This document shows, one piece after another, positions 19,012 to 28,275 of a stretch of 59,804 nt of DNA. The translations under genes and the position numbers were made by a program. The stretch's first letter is position 1. Every line of letters begins with the position of its first letter. The DNA comes from Desulfurococcales archaeon (GTDB lineage Archaea > Thermoproteota > Thermoprotei_A > Sulfolobales > NBVN01), in NCBI GenBank assembly GCA_027064885.1, contig JAMOOZ010000044.1, forward strand, positions 1 to 59,804. The letters run 5' to 3'. The notes beneath the pieces are model-generated. The model did not search any database. It saw only the letters and a program-made list of their open reading frames with translations, and was not told the DNA's origin.

Positions 19012-21036
19012 CTTTATTACATCCTTACAAAACCTGCCCACTGATGCAAGTCTTTCTAGCGAGGCAATATATCCATCGAAGCTTAAATCGGCTCGTTCAC
19101 GCCAAACCTTGTACTTTGTCATTATGTTCCTGTATGCCCGCCAATGAAGTTCGCAGAGAGATAACCCTCCCACAATGTATCGTCCATACCTCCCGCAAAC
19201 GACACACTTGATGTCATGCCCTTCCTCAGCGAGCTTCCTCAGTTCACCTATGTTGTTCGAGGCTATCATTTCTTTAACTTTGAGTAGCTTGGGTTTTAGA
19301 AATTCTTTAGCGTCGTCTACTACTTTTTGCCTACTTACCTCCCCTCTCCTGACACGCTCTATCTTTTCCTCAAAATTACGTGTTAAGTTAACTTCTGTTA
19401 ATTCTTTGAACAGCTTAAGCAACATGAATGCAGCCCTGATCCCAAGTTCCGTGACTACTATTCCAGCACTAGTTGCTTTCAAGTATCCTCTTTGAAAGAG
19501 AGTTTCTATTATCTCAGCTCTAGTGGCTTCCGTTCCTATGCCTACGGATTCCATCCATCTTAGTAGTGATGCCTTTGTGTAAAGTCTTGGGGGTCTCGAG
19601 TACTTTCGGACAACACTTACGCGCTCTACCTCAACACAGTCACCTTCCTCTAATTTAGGAACACTGAATTCCTTAATGTTGACGTACTTGTAAACGCTTA
19701 ACCATTCCGGCCTAACTATTCTTTGCCCTGCTAAAGCGAACGCTATGTTGCCTAGCGACTCAGCTGAGAATACATAACGAATTGATGCAACCTCGGCAAC
19801 ATCGTAAAACGCGGCAAGGTACCTTCTCACAATCATTTCGTAGATATTCCACTCCTTAATTCTAAGCTTTTTTCTTGGCAAATAACCTGTAGGGTAAATT
19901 GCTGGGTGTGCTGGATCCTTCCTCTTTCCCTGCGCTGGCCTTAGTTTATCCTTAGCTAAAATTTTTTCGCAAAATGCTGACATGCCTCGTAGTTTGCTTA
20001 ACGATCTTATTATGCGCCTATTATCTAGTGTGGGAGGTAGCTTCTGTGAATTAGTTCTTGGGTAACTTATTAGGGATTCTAGATATAGATTCTCGGCAAT
20101 TCTTAATGTTTCTGCAGGAGATATTCCGAAGTTTCTCGACGCCTCCATTTGTAGGTCGGGAAGGTTAAATGGTGGCGGTGGGTTCAGTCTTCTTATAGAC
20201 CTTTCCACTTTCTGTACTTTCAAACACTTCACGTTCTTTATTTTGAGAGCTAGTTCCTTAGCCTTCGCTTTAGTTACTGGGCTTGGGAAAAGGTTCTCTA
20301 ATTTGTATTTCTTATCATTGATCCTTACGGTCACTGAAATGTTAAATGATACGTCGGGTACGAATGCTTCCCTTTCTATATACCTATTAAGAACCTCGAC
20401 TAACGTTGGTGTCTGTACTCTTCCTGCACTAAGTGTGAGGAATTTTCCTGAGATGGCCTTATAGAAGTCCATGAGTGCCCTGCTGACGTTTATTCCCCAT
20501 AACCAGTCGAGTTCGTGTCGGCAGAGCCCGGCCTCCACCATGTCAATATCTAATGACGAGAGGTTCTTGAACGCACTCAATAATTCTTCCTTAGTTAGGG
20601 AAGAGAACTTCGCTCTTTTCGCATATGTCGTGTTTCCAAAGTGTTTAATTATTAAATAGCCTATCACTGAACCTTCTATATCATAATCACATGCATTGAC
20701 GTAGTCACGAGCACCCCTAAAGAGCCTTGAGAGAACCGAATAAAACTTCTTTAGGAATAATGTCCCCTTCTCAGCCTCCCACCTCGGCACCCAGCGATAC
20801 TCAAATACAGGATACCCGCGACCTTCAGACTTTAATGAAAAGAGGTGCCCAGCTGATGATGCTACAACGTAGTATCTCCCTTGAAAATAACCGTACCAGA
20901 ATGGAATACCCGACAGTGATGCCTTCTTCTTAAGCCCTAAAGCGGTAGCGATTTTTGAGGCTGCCCTAGGCTTTTCTGCAATTACTAGAGTGTAGCCGGG
21001 TCTAAGTTTTAGCTCAGGCATTTCTACCAGCCTCAT
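18967..21036 (-). CDS. topA: Type IA DNA topoisomerase (archaeal TopA/Topo III)
   Basis: IAEKP, ACDYDIEG, SAGRVQTP, ISYPRT (catalytic Tyr), AHPAI, GIGTEATR, C-terminal C2CH Zn finger. Confidence 0.97.
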   Translation of the reverse strand: MRLVEMPELKLRPGYTLVIAEKPRAASKIATALGLKKKASLSGIPFWYGYFQGRYYVVASSAGHLFSLKSEGRGYPVFEYRWVPRWEAEKGTLFLKKFYSVLSRLFRGARDYVNACDYDIEGSVIGYLIIKHFGNTTYAKRAKFSSLTKEELLSAFKNLSSLDIDMVEAGLCRHELDWLWGINVSRALMDFYKAISGKFLTLSAGRVQTPTLVEVLNRYIEREAFVPDVSFNISVTVRINDKKYKLENLFPSPVTKAKAKELALKIKNVKCLKVQKVERSIRRLNPPPPFNLPDLQMEASRNFGISPAETLRIAENLYLESLISYPRTNSQKLPPTLDNRRIIRSLSKLRGMSAFCEKILAKDKLRPAQGKRKDPAHPAIYPTGYLPRKKLRIKEWNIYEMIVRRYLAAFYDVAEVASIRYVFSAESLGNIAFALAGQRIVRPEWLSVYKYVNIKEFSVPKLEEGDCVEVERVSVVRKYSRPPRLYTKASLLRWMESVGIGTEATRAEIIETLFQRGYLKATSAGIVVTELGIRAAFMLLKLFKELTEVNLTRNFEEKIERVRRGEVSRQKVVDDAKEFLKPKLLKVKEMIASNNIGELRKLAEEGHDIKCVVCGRYGRYIVGGLSLCELHWRAYRNIMTKYKVWRERADLSFDGYIASLERLASVGRFCKDVIKLLAENRFKPQGEVA

Positions 21037-22217
21037 AAAGAGGCTGGGACAGGGATGGGGGCCGTCAATATTAGTAAGATAATATATGCTGAGCCTACCA
21101 AAAGTTTATCACGTCTCTTCAGCTTAGATAGCATGTTGGCTGAACCGTAATGCGGTCTTAACCCAGTGAGCATGAACGCTATCACTGCGAAGAACCCAAG
21201 CCAGCTTAGCTGGTAAGCTATGAAGGATACAGATACGAGTGATAGAGTGGATATTAGGGAGATTACTCTGTGTACCTTTACATTAGTTAGTGATCTAAAG
21301 ACGTGCCCCCCATCTAGCTGACCTATTGGTAGTAAATTTGCAAAGTGTATGAGTAGTATTAAGAATGCCGCGTATGCCGCGGGGTTCATTATAACTACTC
21401 TCTCGCCGAAACCCATTAGATGCGAGGCTACTGAGGACACAATGAGCGTTGCGAGAGGTGCCATCTGAACAGGTGCTAGGAGCCTGTGACTCATCGCAAC
21501 CCTAGCTGAACTTAAAGAAATAGCTGGTGATATCATATATGAGGTAGTGAAGAATACTATTGCTAGCGCCACCCCAACAAGGGGTCCGGCAATCCCTAAA
21601 TATGCCAGATCCTTTATTCTTTTCGGCAAGTGACGCATCTGTATTATCGCACCGAAAGTTCCCAGCGGCGAGATTATAGGTGCAGGTATTGGTAAAGGAA
21701 ACGATGCAGGCGTTGATGTTTTCCTGGCAACAAGGAAGTGGCCTAGTTCATGCGCCAGAATTGGAATAAGGACAGCTGCTGTAAAAATTAGTGCTCCCAT
21801 AGCAGGGTTGTATAAAGGTACGTTCACGCCTAAGGAATGCAGTCTACGCGCAATATCGTTATACGTTACTGTCTGAAGATATCCTGTGACACCTACTGAG
21901 AATATCGTAGCAATAAATAATGCGGTAGCCATAGTTCTCTTTCGGTTCTTTAATTCTCGAGGGTTGAGAAATGCCCGCAATACAAGAGTGGAGCCTGTCT
22001 TAGTTAGAATCACATAGTATCCTAACTCAACCGCCCTATCATAAACTTTAGAGAATCCCTCCTCGAGGTCGACGCCGGGCTTAGGGTCTACCAGGTACTC
22101 AACGTAACGTCCTTGTGGATCCCGAGTATACTCTGTGAAATCGAAGGACTCGCTAATTGCTGCCTCAAGCCCAGCCAACTCCTCACGTATTTCAATCGGC
22201 TTCTCCAAGACCTCCAC
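21033..22217 (-). CDS. Site-2 protease (M50 intramembrane metalloprotease)
   Basis: HELGH, GIAGP, NLLPIGQLDGGH. Confidence 0.95.
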   Translation of the reverse strand: MEVLEKPIEIREELAGLEAAISESFDFTEYTRDPQGRYVEYLVDPKPGVDLEEGFSKVYDRAVELGYYVILTKTGSTLVLRAFLNPRELKNRKRTMATALFIATIFSVGVTGYLQTVTYNDIARRLHSLGVNVPLYNPAMGALIFTAAVLIPILAHELGHFLVARKTSTPASFPLPIPAPIISPLGTFGAIIQMRHLPKRIKDLAYLGIAGPLVGVALAIVFFTTSYMISPAISLSSARVAMSHRLLAPVQMAPLATLIVSSVASHLMGFGERVVIMNPAAYAAFLILLIHFANLLPIGQLDGGHVFRSLTNVKVHRVISLISTLSLVSVSFIAYQLSWLGFFAVIAFMLTGLRPHYGSANMLSKLKRRDKLLVGSAYIILLILTAPIPVPASL

Positions 22218-22326
22218 CTTATCAGTGAGTAGCCTCTCTGATCTGCCTGCCTCTTAATCTAATTGACCAGCATTTAAAACGCTGGATGATCTTGGGTTTA
22301 CTACTTTCAGAACGCCTAAGGTGACT

Positions 22327-22638
22327 TTAAAGTTCAACAAACCCGAAGAGCTTCCTCTCAAGTTCTATTAATTTTGTGGCAGGTATTAGCTCTTCCTCTC
22401 CACTTGGTATCCTACGGACTAAAGTTATTGGTAGGACCCCTCTCCTTAATTCCTCCTTAGCAATTTCTATGGGATCTTTCGGTAAATTTGTTATATCGAT
22501 CAGTGGTATCGCTCCGAGGTCTAGTTGTAAAGCTCTAGCAGCAATTATTCGGGCTTTCTCGTACCTCGTTAGTTTAAGGGGCCCTGTCCTAATCCCGGCC
22601 TGCTTGATTAGAGAAACAATTGTGCTTTTCTCCTTCAT
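22327..22638 (-). CDS. rpoK: RNA polymerase subunit Rpo6/K
   Basis: [35 protein letters not shown]. Confidence 0.96.
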   Translation of the reverse strand: MKEKSTIVSLIKQAGIRTGPLKLTRYEKARIIAARALQLDLGAIPLIDITNLPKDPIEIAKEELRRGVLPITLVRRIPSGEEELIPATKLIELERKLFGFVEL

Positions 22639-22721
22639 ACTCAACACTACCTGATTCTTCTTGCTTAGGTAATAAAGCATTATGGAAGGGGTGGATACGG
22701 CTCTAAAACATTCTTGTGTTT

Positions 22722-24413
22722 TCAGTCAAAGTTAAACTTGCCCGGCTCTTCCTCCTCTCCGCCTTTCTTGCCTTTCTCTTCCTCTTTCTTGAGCGGCGTG
22801 GCGGCTATTATGTCATCAACCTTAAGTACAGCTGCTGCCGTCTCCGTCGCTGCCTTTATTACCTGCTTCTTCACGATTACCGGGTCTATTACGTGTATCT
22901 GCGTTATGTCCTCAACTACTTTACCGTTCATTACGTCGATGCCAGCGTTCAGTTTACCCTCGCTGTGGAGTCTTCTTAACTCCATCACGGTTTCCAACGG
23001 ATCTAGACCAGCTGTCTGCGCTAGGACGGACACTATCTCTTCTAGTGCATCAGCAAATGCCTGTATGGCTAGCTGCTCCTTACCGCCAACGGTTTCAGCC
23101 CACTTCCTTAGCCTTAATGCTAGCTCTACCTCTACCGCACCACCGCCCGGCACTATCTTCGGGTCCCTTAGCACATTCCTGATTGCGTGCAGCGCGTCGT
23201 TGAAGGATCTCTCAGTGTCATCTAGCACCATGTCGCTTGAGCCGCGGGCAAGGATCGTCACCGCCTTTGGATTCTTGCATCCCTCTATGAATACCATCTT
23301 GTCATTGCCGACGCGGCGCTCCTCTACGAGTTCTGCGTGGCCTAGGTCCTCGGGTGATAGGTCCCTTATGCTAGTAACGATCCTTCCGCCTGTTGCACGC
23401 TTGAGTTTTTCCATGTCTGATCTCTTTACTCTTCTTACTGCTAGGATTCCTTTCTTTGCTAGGAAGTGTTGCGCCACATCATCAATACCCTTCTGACAAA
23501 TCACGACATTAGCACCAGTAGCAGCAATCTTCTCAACCATCTCCTTAAGCATCCTAGTTTCCTCGTCTAGGAACACCTTGATCTGGTCAGGAGACGTTAT
23601 GTTTATCTTAGCTGTTATGTCTGGTTTTTCTATTTCTAGTGGTGCGTCGATTAGGGCTATCTTCGCGTTCTCAACCCTCTTAGGCATACCAGGATGCACA
23701 ACCTCCTTATCCAACACAATACCATAAATCAACCTAGTATCGGCAAGAGACGCTCCCTTCTTCTTCTCGATCTTCACGTTGTCAAGCCTGACATTGTAGG
23801 TACCATCAGGCCTTTTCTCAGCTACTCGTAAGGCAGCCTCAATTGCTATGTTAATCATCATGTCGATTAAGTCCGGCGTTGCTAGGTACTTACTCGCCAG
23901 GGTTGAGTAAACTACGCGGTACAGTGACTTCTTAGTCTTCTCGTAACCTTCTTTTGTCTCGATGCCGCCAACTTCTAGCTTAGTGCCTATCTCATCAAGT
24001 ATTTCTAGAGCTTTGTTCATAGCTTTCTTGTAGCCCTCAATTATTATCGTTGGGTGTATGTTTTGATCGAGCAATGCTTCCGCCTTACCGAGCAACTCGC
24101 CTGCAAGAACCACAACCGACGTGGTACCATCACCGACCTCAGCATCAACCGCCTTAGCTGACTCTACTAGGAGCTTAGCGGCTGGGTGTTGCACCTCCAT
24201 TTCCTTAACTATTGTGGCACCGTCATTAGTTACTGTAATGTCACCGAACGAATCCACGAGCATTTTGTCGAGGCCCTTGGGACCTAGACTGGTTTTTAAG
24301 ACCTCGGCCAGCGCCCTAGCGGCTATGATGTTGTTCCTTAGGGCCTCGCGTCCATGCGTCCTCTGAGTTCCTTCCTTTAATATCACTACAGGAACTCCAT
24401 AGAGTGCGGTCAT
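22722..24413 (-). CDS. thsA: Thermosome (group II chaperonin) subunit, probably alpha
   Basis: [33 protein letters not shown] 24413 with GGTGA SD. Confidence 0.95.
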   Translation of the reverse strand: MTALYGVPVVILKEGTQRTHGREALRNNIIAARALAEVLKTSLGPKGLDKMLVDSFGDITVTNDGATIVKEMEVQHPAAKLLVESAKAVDAEVGDGTTSVVVLAGELLGKAEALLDQNIHPTIIIEGYKKAMNKALEILDEIGTKLEVGGIETKEGYEKTKKSLYRVVYSTLASKYLATPDLIDMMINIAIEAALRVAEKRPDGTYNVRLDNVKIEKKKGASLADTRLIYGIVLDKEVVHPGMPKRVENAKIALIDAPLEIEKPDITAKINITSPDQIKVFLDEETRMLKEMVEKIAATGANVVICQKGIDDVAQHFLAKKGILAVRRVKRSDMEKLKRATGGRIVTSIRDLSPEDLGHAELVEERRVGNDKMVFIEGCKNPKAVTILARGSSDMVLDDTERSFNDALHAIRNVLRDPKIVPGGGAVEVELALRLRKWAETVGGKEQLAIQAFADALEEIVSVLAQTAGLDPLETVMELRRLHSEGKLNAGIDVMNGKVVEDITQIHVIDPVIVKKQVIKAATETAAAVLKVDDIIAATPLKKEEEKGKKGGEEEEPGKFNFD

Positions 24414-24444
24414 GAGATCACCCATTAGTTCTAGGAGAACCACT

Positions 24445-24460
24445 TCTATATAAACTTTAG
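24445..24460 (-). promoter_or_regulatory. BRE/TATA of thermosome gene
   Basis: Minus strand AAAGTTTATATAG about 35 nt upstream of ATG 24413. Confidence 0.7.
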
Positions 24461-24503
24461 GAATAGGGTAACCAAAAGCTTTAATTACCCCTCCTATGTA
24501 GGG

Positions 24504-24848
24504 GTGGCGGGAATGTTTATGCTTCCAAACGTTGAGTCAGTATTAGAATCATATGAGCAGGAGGTACTTGAGAAGGGAGACATAGATAGTGCTAACCTAT
24601 TCATTGCCTTGCTCTGCGGTTACGCTGCGTACCTATGGAGACACAAACTCATGAGTGCCGAAGAACTACAGGAATATTTTGAAACATTAAGGGAAGAGAT
24701 CGTTGAAGGGCCGGACTACTTGAATCCCTACGTCATGGAGTTAATGAGTATAATAGCTCAGGGCCTTACCGACGCGTCATTTGAGGAGTTCAAAAGTAAG
24801 TTACGTATAGTACTAAAGGAGGATCGGCTAGACATCATGGAGGTATAG
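24504..24848 (+). CDS. Hypothetical acidic helical protein (start may be 24513 or 24519)
   Basis: Clean ORF divergent from thermosome; no motif recognised. Confidence 0.75.
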   Translation: MAGMFMLPNVESVLESYEQEVLEKGDIDSANLFIALLCGYAAYLWRHKLMSAEELQEYFETLREEIVEGPDYLNPYVMELMSIIAQGLTDASFEEFKSKLRIVLKEDRLDIMEV

Positions 24849-24855
24849 GATCCTC

Positions 24856-25683
24856 TTGAACATTGACACTAAGCCATGTGACGTGTGCAAGCGGAGGCCC
24901 GCTGTGTACCGTAGACGGGACTCGGGAGAGAAGCTATGTGCTTACTGCCTAAGTAGATCCTTGGTCAAAAGAGTTAGAAGAGGAATCTCCAGATCTGTGA
25001 GGTTAAGGCACGGAGCGTTAGTTGCTGTGCTTGCTTTGAAAGAAAGAATAGTAGAAAGTCTAGTGCTGACGGAAATAGTTGGCCTAATTGAGGAGAGGCA
25101 TGGAGGTCACGTACTAATCCTTGCTTCGGAACACGCATTACCACAGGTTATGCGTACGAGGCTTGCACAGAGGATACCCTCAATTTACTTCACTGTTAAG
25201 GCGAAAGGAAAAACAGAGTCCCTTAGCTTACCAGAAATCATAAACTCCTTCGCACCAAGGCTACGGAGCATAGGCTTCAGAATTGACGCCGTCCTAACAC
25301 CTCTAACCTTAAGTGATTTCTTCGAGATCCAGCTCCAATCTCTTCTTATGAACGCGACGCTGACTAGGGAGGTTAGTCCGCTACCCAGAGTTGTTGGGCA
25401 GAGTGTTATAGTACACCCCATGAGCAACATACTACGTCAGGACGTATACGCGTACGCATTCTTTAAGGGAATGCTTGATAGCTTAAACAATGATATATCA
25501 TCCAGTATCCATATAGTCGAAGATAAGTGCATTACCCCAATACTAAAGAGTATTTCGGCGGACCTCTCCGAGCATCATCCTGAGCTTATGTTTAAGTTCG
25601 TCGAAACCGCAACTTCACTTCCGCTGATAATGACCGCAGGAGGAAGTAAAGCTGGTCTCAGAGTAGCTCAGCCTAATCATTAG
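24856..25683 (+). CDS. Degenerate TtuA/Ncs6-like (tRNA 2-thiolation family) protein lacking catalytic motifs
   Basis: N-terminal CDVC..RPAVYRRRDSGEKLCAYC Zn finger typical of TtuA/Ncs6; no SGGKDS PP-loop; TPLTLSD where GHNLDD is expected; VHPM...VYAYAF region retained. Confidence 0.7.
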   Translation: MNIDTKPCDVCKRRPAVYRRRDSGEKLCAYCLSRSLVKRVRRGISRSVRLRHGALVAVLALKERIVESLVLTEIVGLIEERHGGHVLILASEHALPQVMRTRLAQRIPSIYFTVKAKGKTESLSLPEIINSFAPRLRSIGFRIDAVLTPLTLSDFFEIQLQSLLMNATLTREVSPLPRVVGQSVIVHPMSNILRQDVYAYAFFKGMLDSLNNDISSSIHIVEDKCITPILKSISADLSEHHPELMFKFVETATSLPLIMTAGGSKAGLRVAQPNH

Positions 25684-25717
25684 TCACTTAATCATACCGC
25701 TACTATTCATCATCGAC
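25654..25717 (-). ncRNA. Box C/D guide sRNA (D guide complementary to tRNA D-arm GUAGCUCAGCC)
   Basis: C ATGATGA 25713-25707; guide ATAGTAGCGGT; D' ATGA 25695-25692; C' ATGATTA 25680-25674; guide GGCTGAGCTACT; D CTGA 25661-25658. Confidence 0.88.
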
Positions 25718-25797
25718 TTTCCTAGCGTAACCCATACCTATGCAAACAACACAGCTTATTATAGTTGACTTAAGAATAGCTAGTGGTGCGTTAGGAA

Positions 25798-26199
25798 ATG
25801 CCTCTCAGAGAGAACTTAATAGATGCAAGGTTTGTTGGCCGTGAAATAACCATCTATATTATGGGAAGGGATGAACCCATCAAGGGATTAATAGATGAGG
25901 TAGCTAGGTACGAAATAGGTGTTCGGTCAGAGGGCTCACCGGTGGTGATTTTCAGGCATGCAATACTATACGCCGTTACCGAAGCCGCAGAGCTACATGG
26001 GTACAGTAATGAGCAATTGAGAGACACGGTTATAGATTCTGACATGGCTGGGAGTGATGTAGAGGTGCACTTAATAAATGGGCTGAGCTTTCAGGGGAAG
26101 CTAATGAAGGTTACGAAGTATGAGTTGGGATTCAGGATAGGGGATAAGGGGTATATAATCCCTAAGTCCAGCATAGCGTATATAAAGTTCACAATATGA
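25798..26199 (+). CDS. Tandem Hfq-like (Sm-fold) domain protein
   Basis: Two approx. 60 aa repeats: ITIYI..G.I.EVARYEIGV...IFRHAILY and VEVHLINGLSFQG.L.KVTKYELGF...IPKSSIAYI; first repeat has the Hfq Sm2 [YF]KHAI-like motif. Confidence 0.8.
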   Translation: MPLRENLIDARFVGREITIYIMGRDEPIKGLIDEVARYEIGVRSEGSPVVIFRHAILYAVTEAAELHGYSNEQLRDTVIDSDMAGSDVEVHLINGLSFQGKLMKVTKYELGFRIGDKGYIIPKSSIAYIKFTI

Positions 26200-26219
26200 G
26201 CTAAGGTAAATCAAATCAA

Positions 26220-26558
26220 TTACTGTTCCTCACCATCTTTAATCATGCGGAACCTTATGAGCTTAACTTCCGTCCTGTCTGTGATCCTTCTCCCATAGAT
26301 TTTCTTAAGGGCCCTAACGAGTTCTTCCCTGTTCCTGAAGCCGTCGGTTCTAGCGTCCTCATCGGTTAGCTCACGAACCTCTTTTACTTCGACATCCTCG
26401 ATCCTTGCAATCCCTAGTCGAACTCTACCAGCAACTACCTCAACCTCATCTCCTTTCTTGAGGGTACTGGAGAGTCTTATCGTCGATGTCTTCGACCCCT
26501 TAACGATGCCCTCTCCGTACTCTTTTTTGAACATTAATTTCCTACGGTGCTTCCCCAT
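26220..26558 (-). CDS. ASCH domain protein (YqfB-like)
   Basis: F..EY...I..GSKTSTIR (GxKxxTxR), ELTDEDARTDGF. Confidence 0.9.
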   Translation of the reverse strand: MGKHRRKLMFKKEYGEGIVKGSKTSTIRLSSTLKKGDEVEVVAGRVRLGIARIEDVEVKEVRELTDEDARTDGFRNREELVRALKKIYGRRITDRTEVKLIRFRMIKDGEEQ

Positions 26559-26622
26559 GCGTAATCCCTAGCGTCTTTATAAGTTGAGGAAGCAATATAT
26601 TTTACCGCGTGGTGTGGTAAAG

Positions 26623-27297
26623 ATGAAGCTACTTAAGAAGTTGCTAATGTCTGGCGAGGAGGAGTTATTCAGTAAGCTAGCGAAGCATGTAGATCTCTCC
26701 TTAAAATCCATGTTAATCGTGGAGAGATTACTTAAGGGCGACATAAAAGACCATGAGATAGAGTCCCTAATAGTTGAAGTAGTAACTTACGAGAAGCACG
26801 GCGATAAGATAGCGGCTGAGTTAACGGAGATGGTAACCCACGGTGCGGTGCCTGTGGCGCTCTTGGGTGATATAGAGTTCTTAATAGACAGGATAGATGA
26901 CATACTTGACCTAACATACTTTATAGCGATGGAGTGTGGTAGGGCATTTAGAACCGGAATCTCGGGAACAGAGCACGCAAGGAGCATGTACAAGGAGATA
27001 CTTAAAGTAACCGTCATTGCAGCTAAAGCTTTGGAAACGCTCAAGGAAGAATTAGAAATCGCTCTCGAGGACTTCAATAAGCTCCAAGAGCTAGATGATA
27101 TAATTGACGTTTACGAGGATAGAGTAGATGAGATGAAGAATGCCATCCTTGATAAGCTGTATGGCTTAGGTCCTGAGATAGGTGCCATAACCTTTAATCA
27201 CTTACTTGAGATGATTAAGAGCTTAGACACTATAGTAGATGCCTGTGAGGACGTCTCACACCTCTTGATTAGGGTTATTAGCTCAATGCGGTACTAG
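26623..27297 (+). CDS. DUF47/PhoU-like phosphate transport regulator
   Basis: EKHGDKI, IDRIDDILD, EDRVDE, D.IVDACEDV repeats; adjacent to a PiT-like gene. Confidence 0.9.
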   Translation: MKLLKKLLMSGEEELFSKLAKHVDLSLKSMLIVERLLKGDIKDHEIESLIVEVVTYEKHGDKIAAELTEMVTHGAVPVALLGDIEFLIDRIDDILDLTYFIAMECGRAFRTGISGTEHARSMYKEILKVTVIAAKALETLKEELEIALEDFNKLQELDDIIDVYEDRVDEMKNAILDKLYGLGPEIGAITFNHLLEMIKSLDTIVDACEDVSHLLIRVISSMRY

Positions 27298-27342
27298 TAG
27301 GTTCCCTAGTCGAAGTCCGAAATGATATCGAGAATGCAGTAG

Positions 27343-28275
27343 TTGGTGAGTACCATGCTGATTGTACTTCAAGCACTGCTACTAACTGCAGTGGCGATAG
27401 CTGTTGGAAACAATATGGGTGTCATTGCTGGACCAGCCGCAGGTTCTAGGATATTAAGCCGAAATACAATCTCCGCTTTAGCGATAGTCGGGCTTAGCCT
27501 GGGGTACCTGCTTGAAGGTTGGAAGTTCCTAGGTAGTGTGAGCCTCCCGAGAAACATTATAGGAGCATCGTTCGTTCTGGCGATAGTCATACTAGTGATG
27601 CTCACGGTCAGCGGCTTCGTTACATCCATAACACAAGTCTTTGTCGGTATTTACATAGGTTACTTACTCACATATGGTTTCGAAGCAACAGGTGAGATCC
27701 TTAAGATACTGGGTTTCTGGTGCGTGACTTTCCTATCATCCGTTATCGTAGCCTTTCTCTTTGTTAAGCTCATAGCTTCACGGAAAACCGGGATAATCAG
27801 TAGTTTGCTTGCGCTTAAGCTTGCGAGCATAGTAATGGTGTTTATCACCGCCTACACCTTAGGCGCGAACACCATAGGTTTTATAGTGGCGTTTATTGGT
27901 CAGAATGCCAACGACTTACCTACCGTGGCACTCACGATATCCGGTATAATCGTAGGTGTGCTAGTGATTCGGGGGCGACGTGGAATTACTAAGTTAGGCT
28001 CCGGATTCTATGGATTAAGGTACACTAGTTCAGTAGCTCCCTATGTCTCAACTTTAATACTAACTGAGGTAGGTACTCAGTTCTCTATACCGCTCCCAAT
28101 GTCTATATCCATATTCTCCGGTATGTTAGGGGCAGCACTAGCCATGAGACTCAGGTTTATAAGTAGGCGTAAGGTAGCAACGTATATAATGCTTAGTTGG
28201 GTATTGCCGCTGATTCTCTCAATCGTGCTTTCTTACATAACCTTCAAAATACTTCACCTTGGACATTTTCTGTGA
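27343..28275 (+). CDS. PiT-family (inorganic phosphate/anion) transporter, divergent
   Basis: About 10 TM helices; degenerate signatures VGNNMG and LGANTIG; IPLPMS motif. Confidence 0.8.
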   Translation: MVSTMLIVLQALLLTAVAIAVGNNMGVIAGPAAGSRILSRNTISALAIVGLSLGYLLEGWKFLGSVSLPRNIIGASFVLAIVILVMLTVSGFVTSITQVFVGIYIGYLLTYGFEATGEILKILGFWCVTFLSSVIVAFLFVKLIASRKTGIISSLLALKLASIVMVFITAYTLGANTIGFIVAFIGQNANDLPTVALTISGIIVGVLVIRGRRGITKLGSGFYGLRYTSSVAPYVSTLILTEVGTQFSIPLPMSISIFSGMLGAALAMRLRFISRRKVATYIMLSWVLPLILSIVLSYITFKILHLGHFL

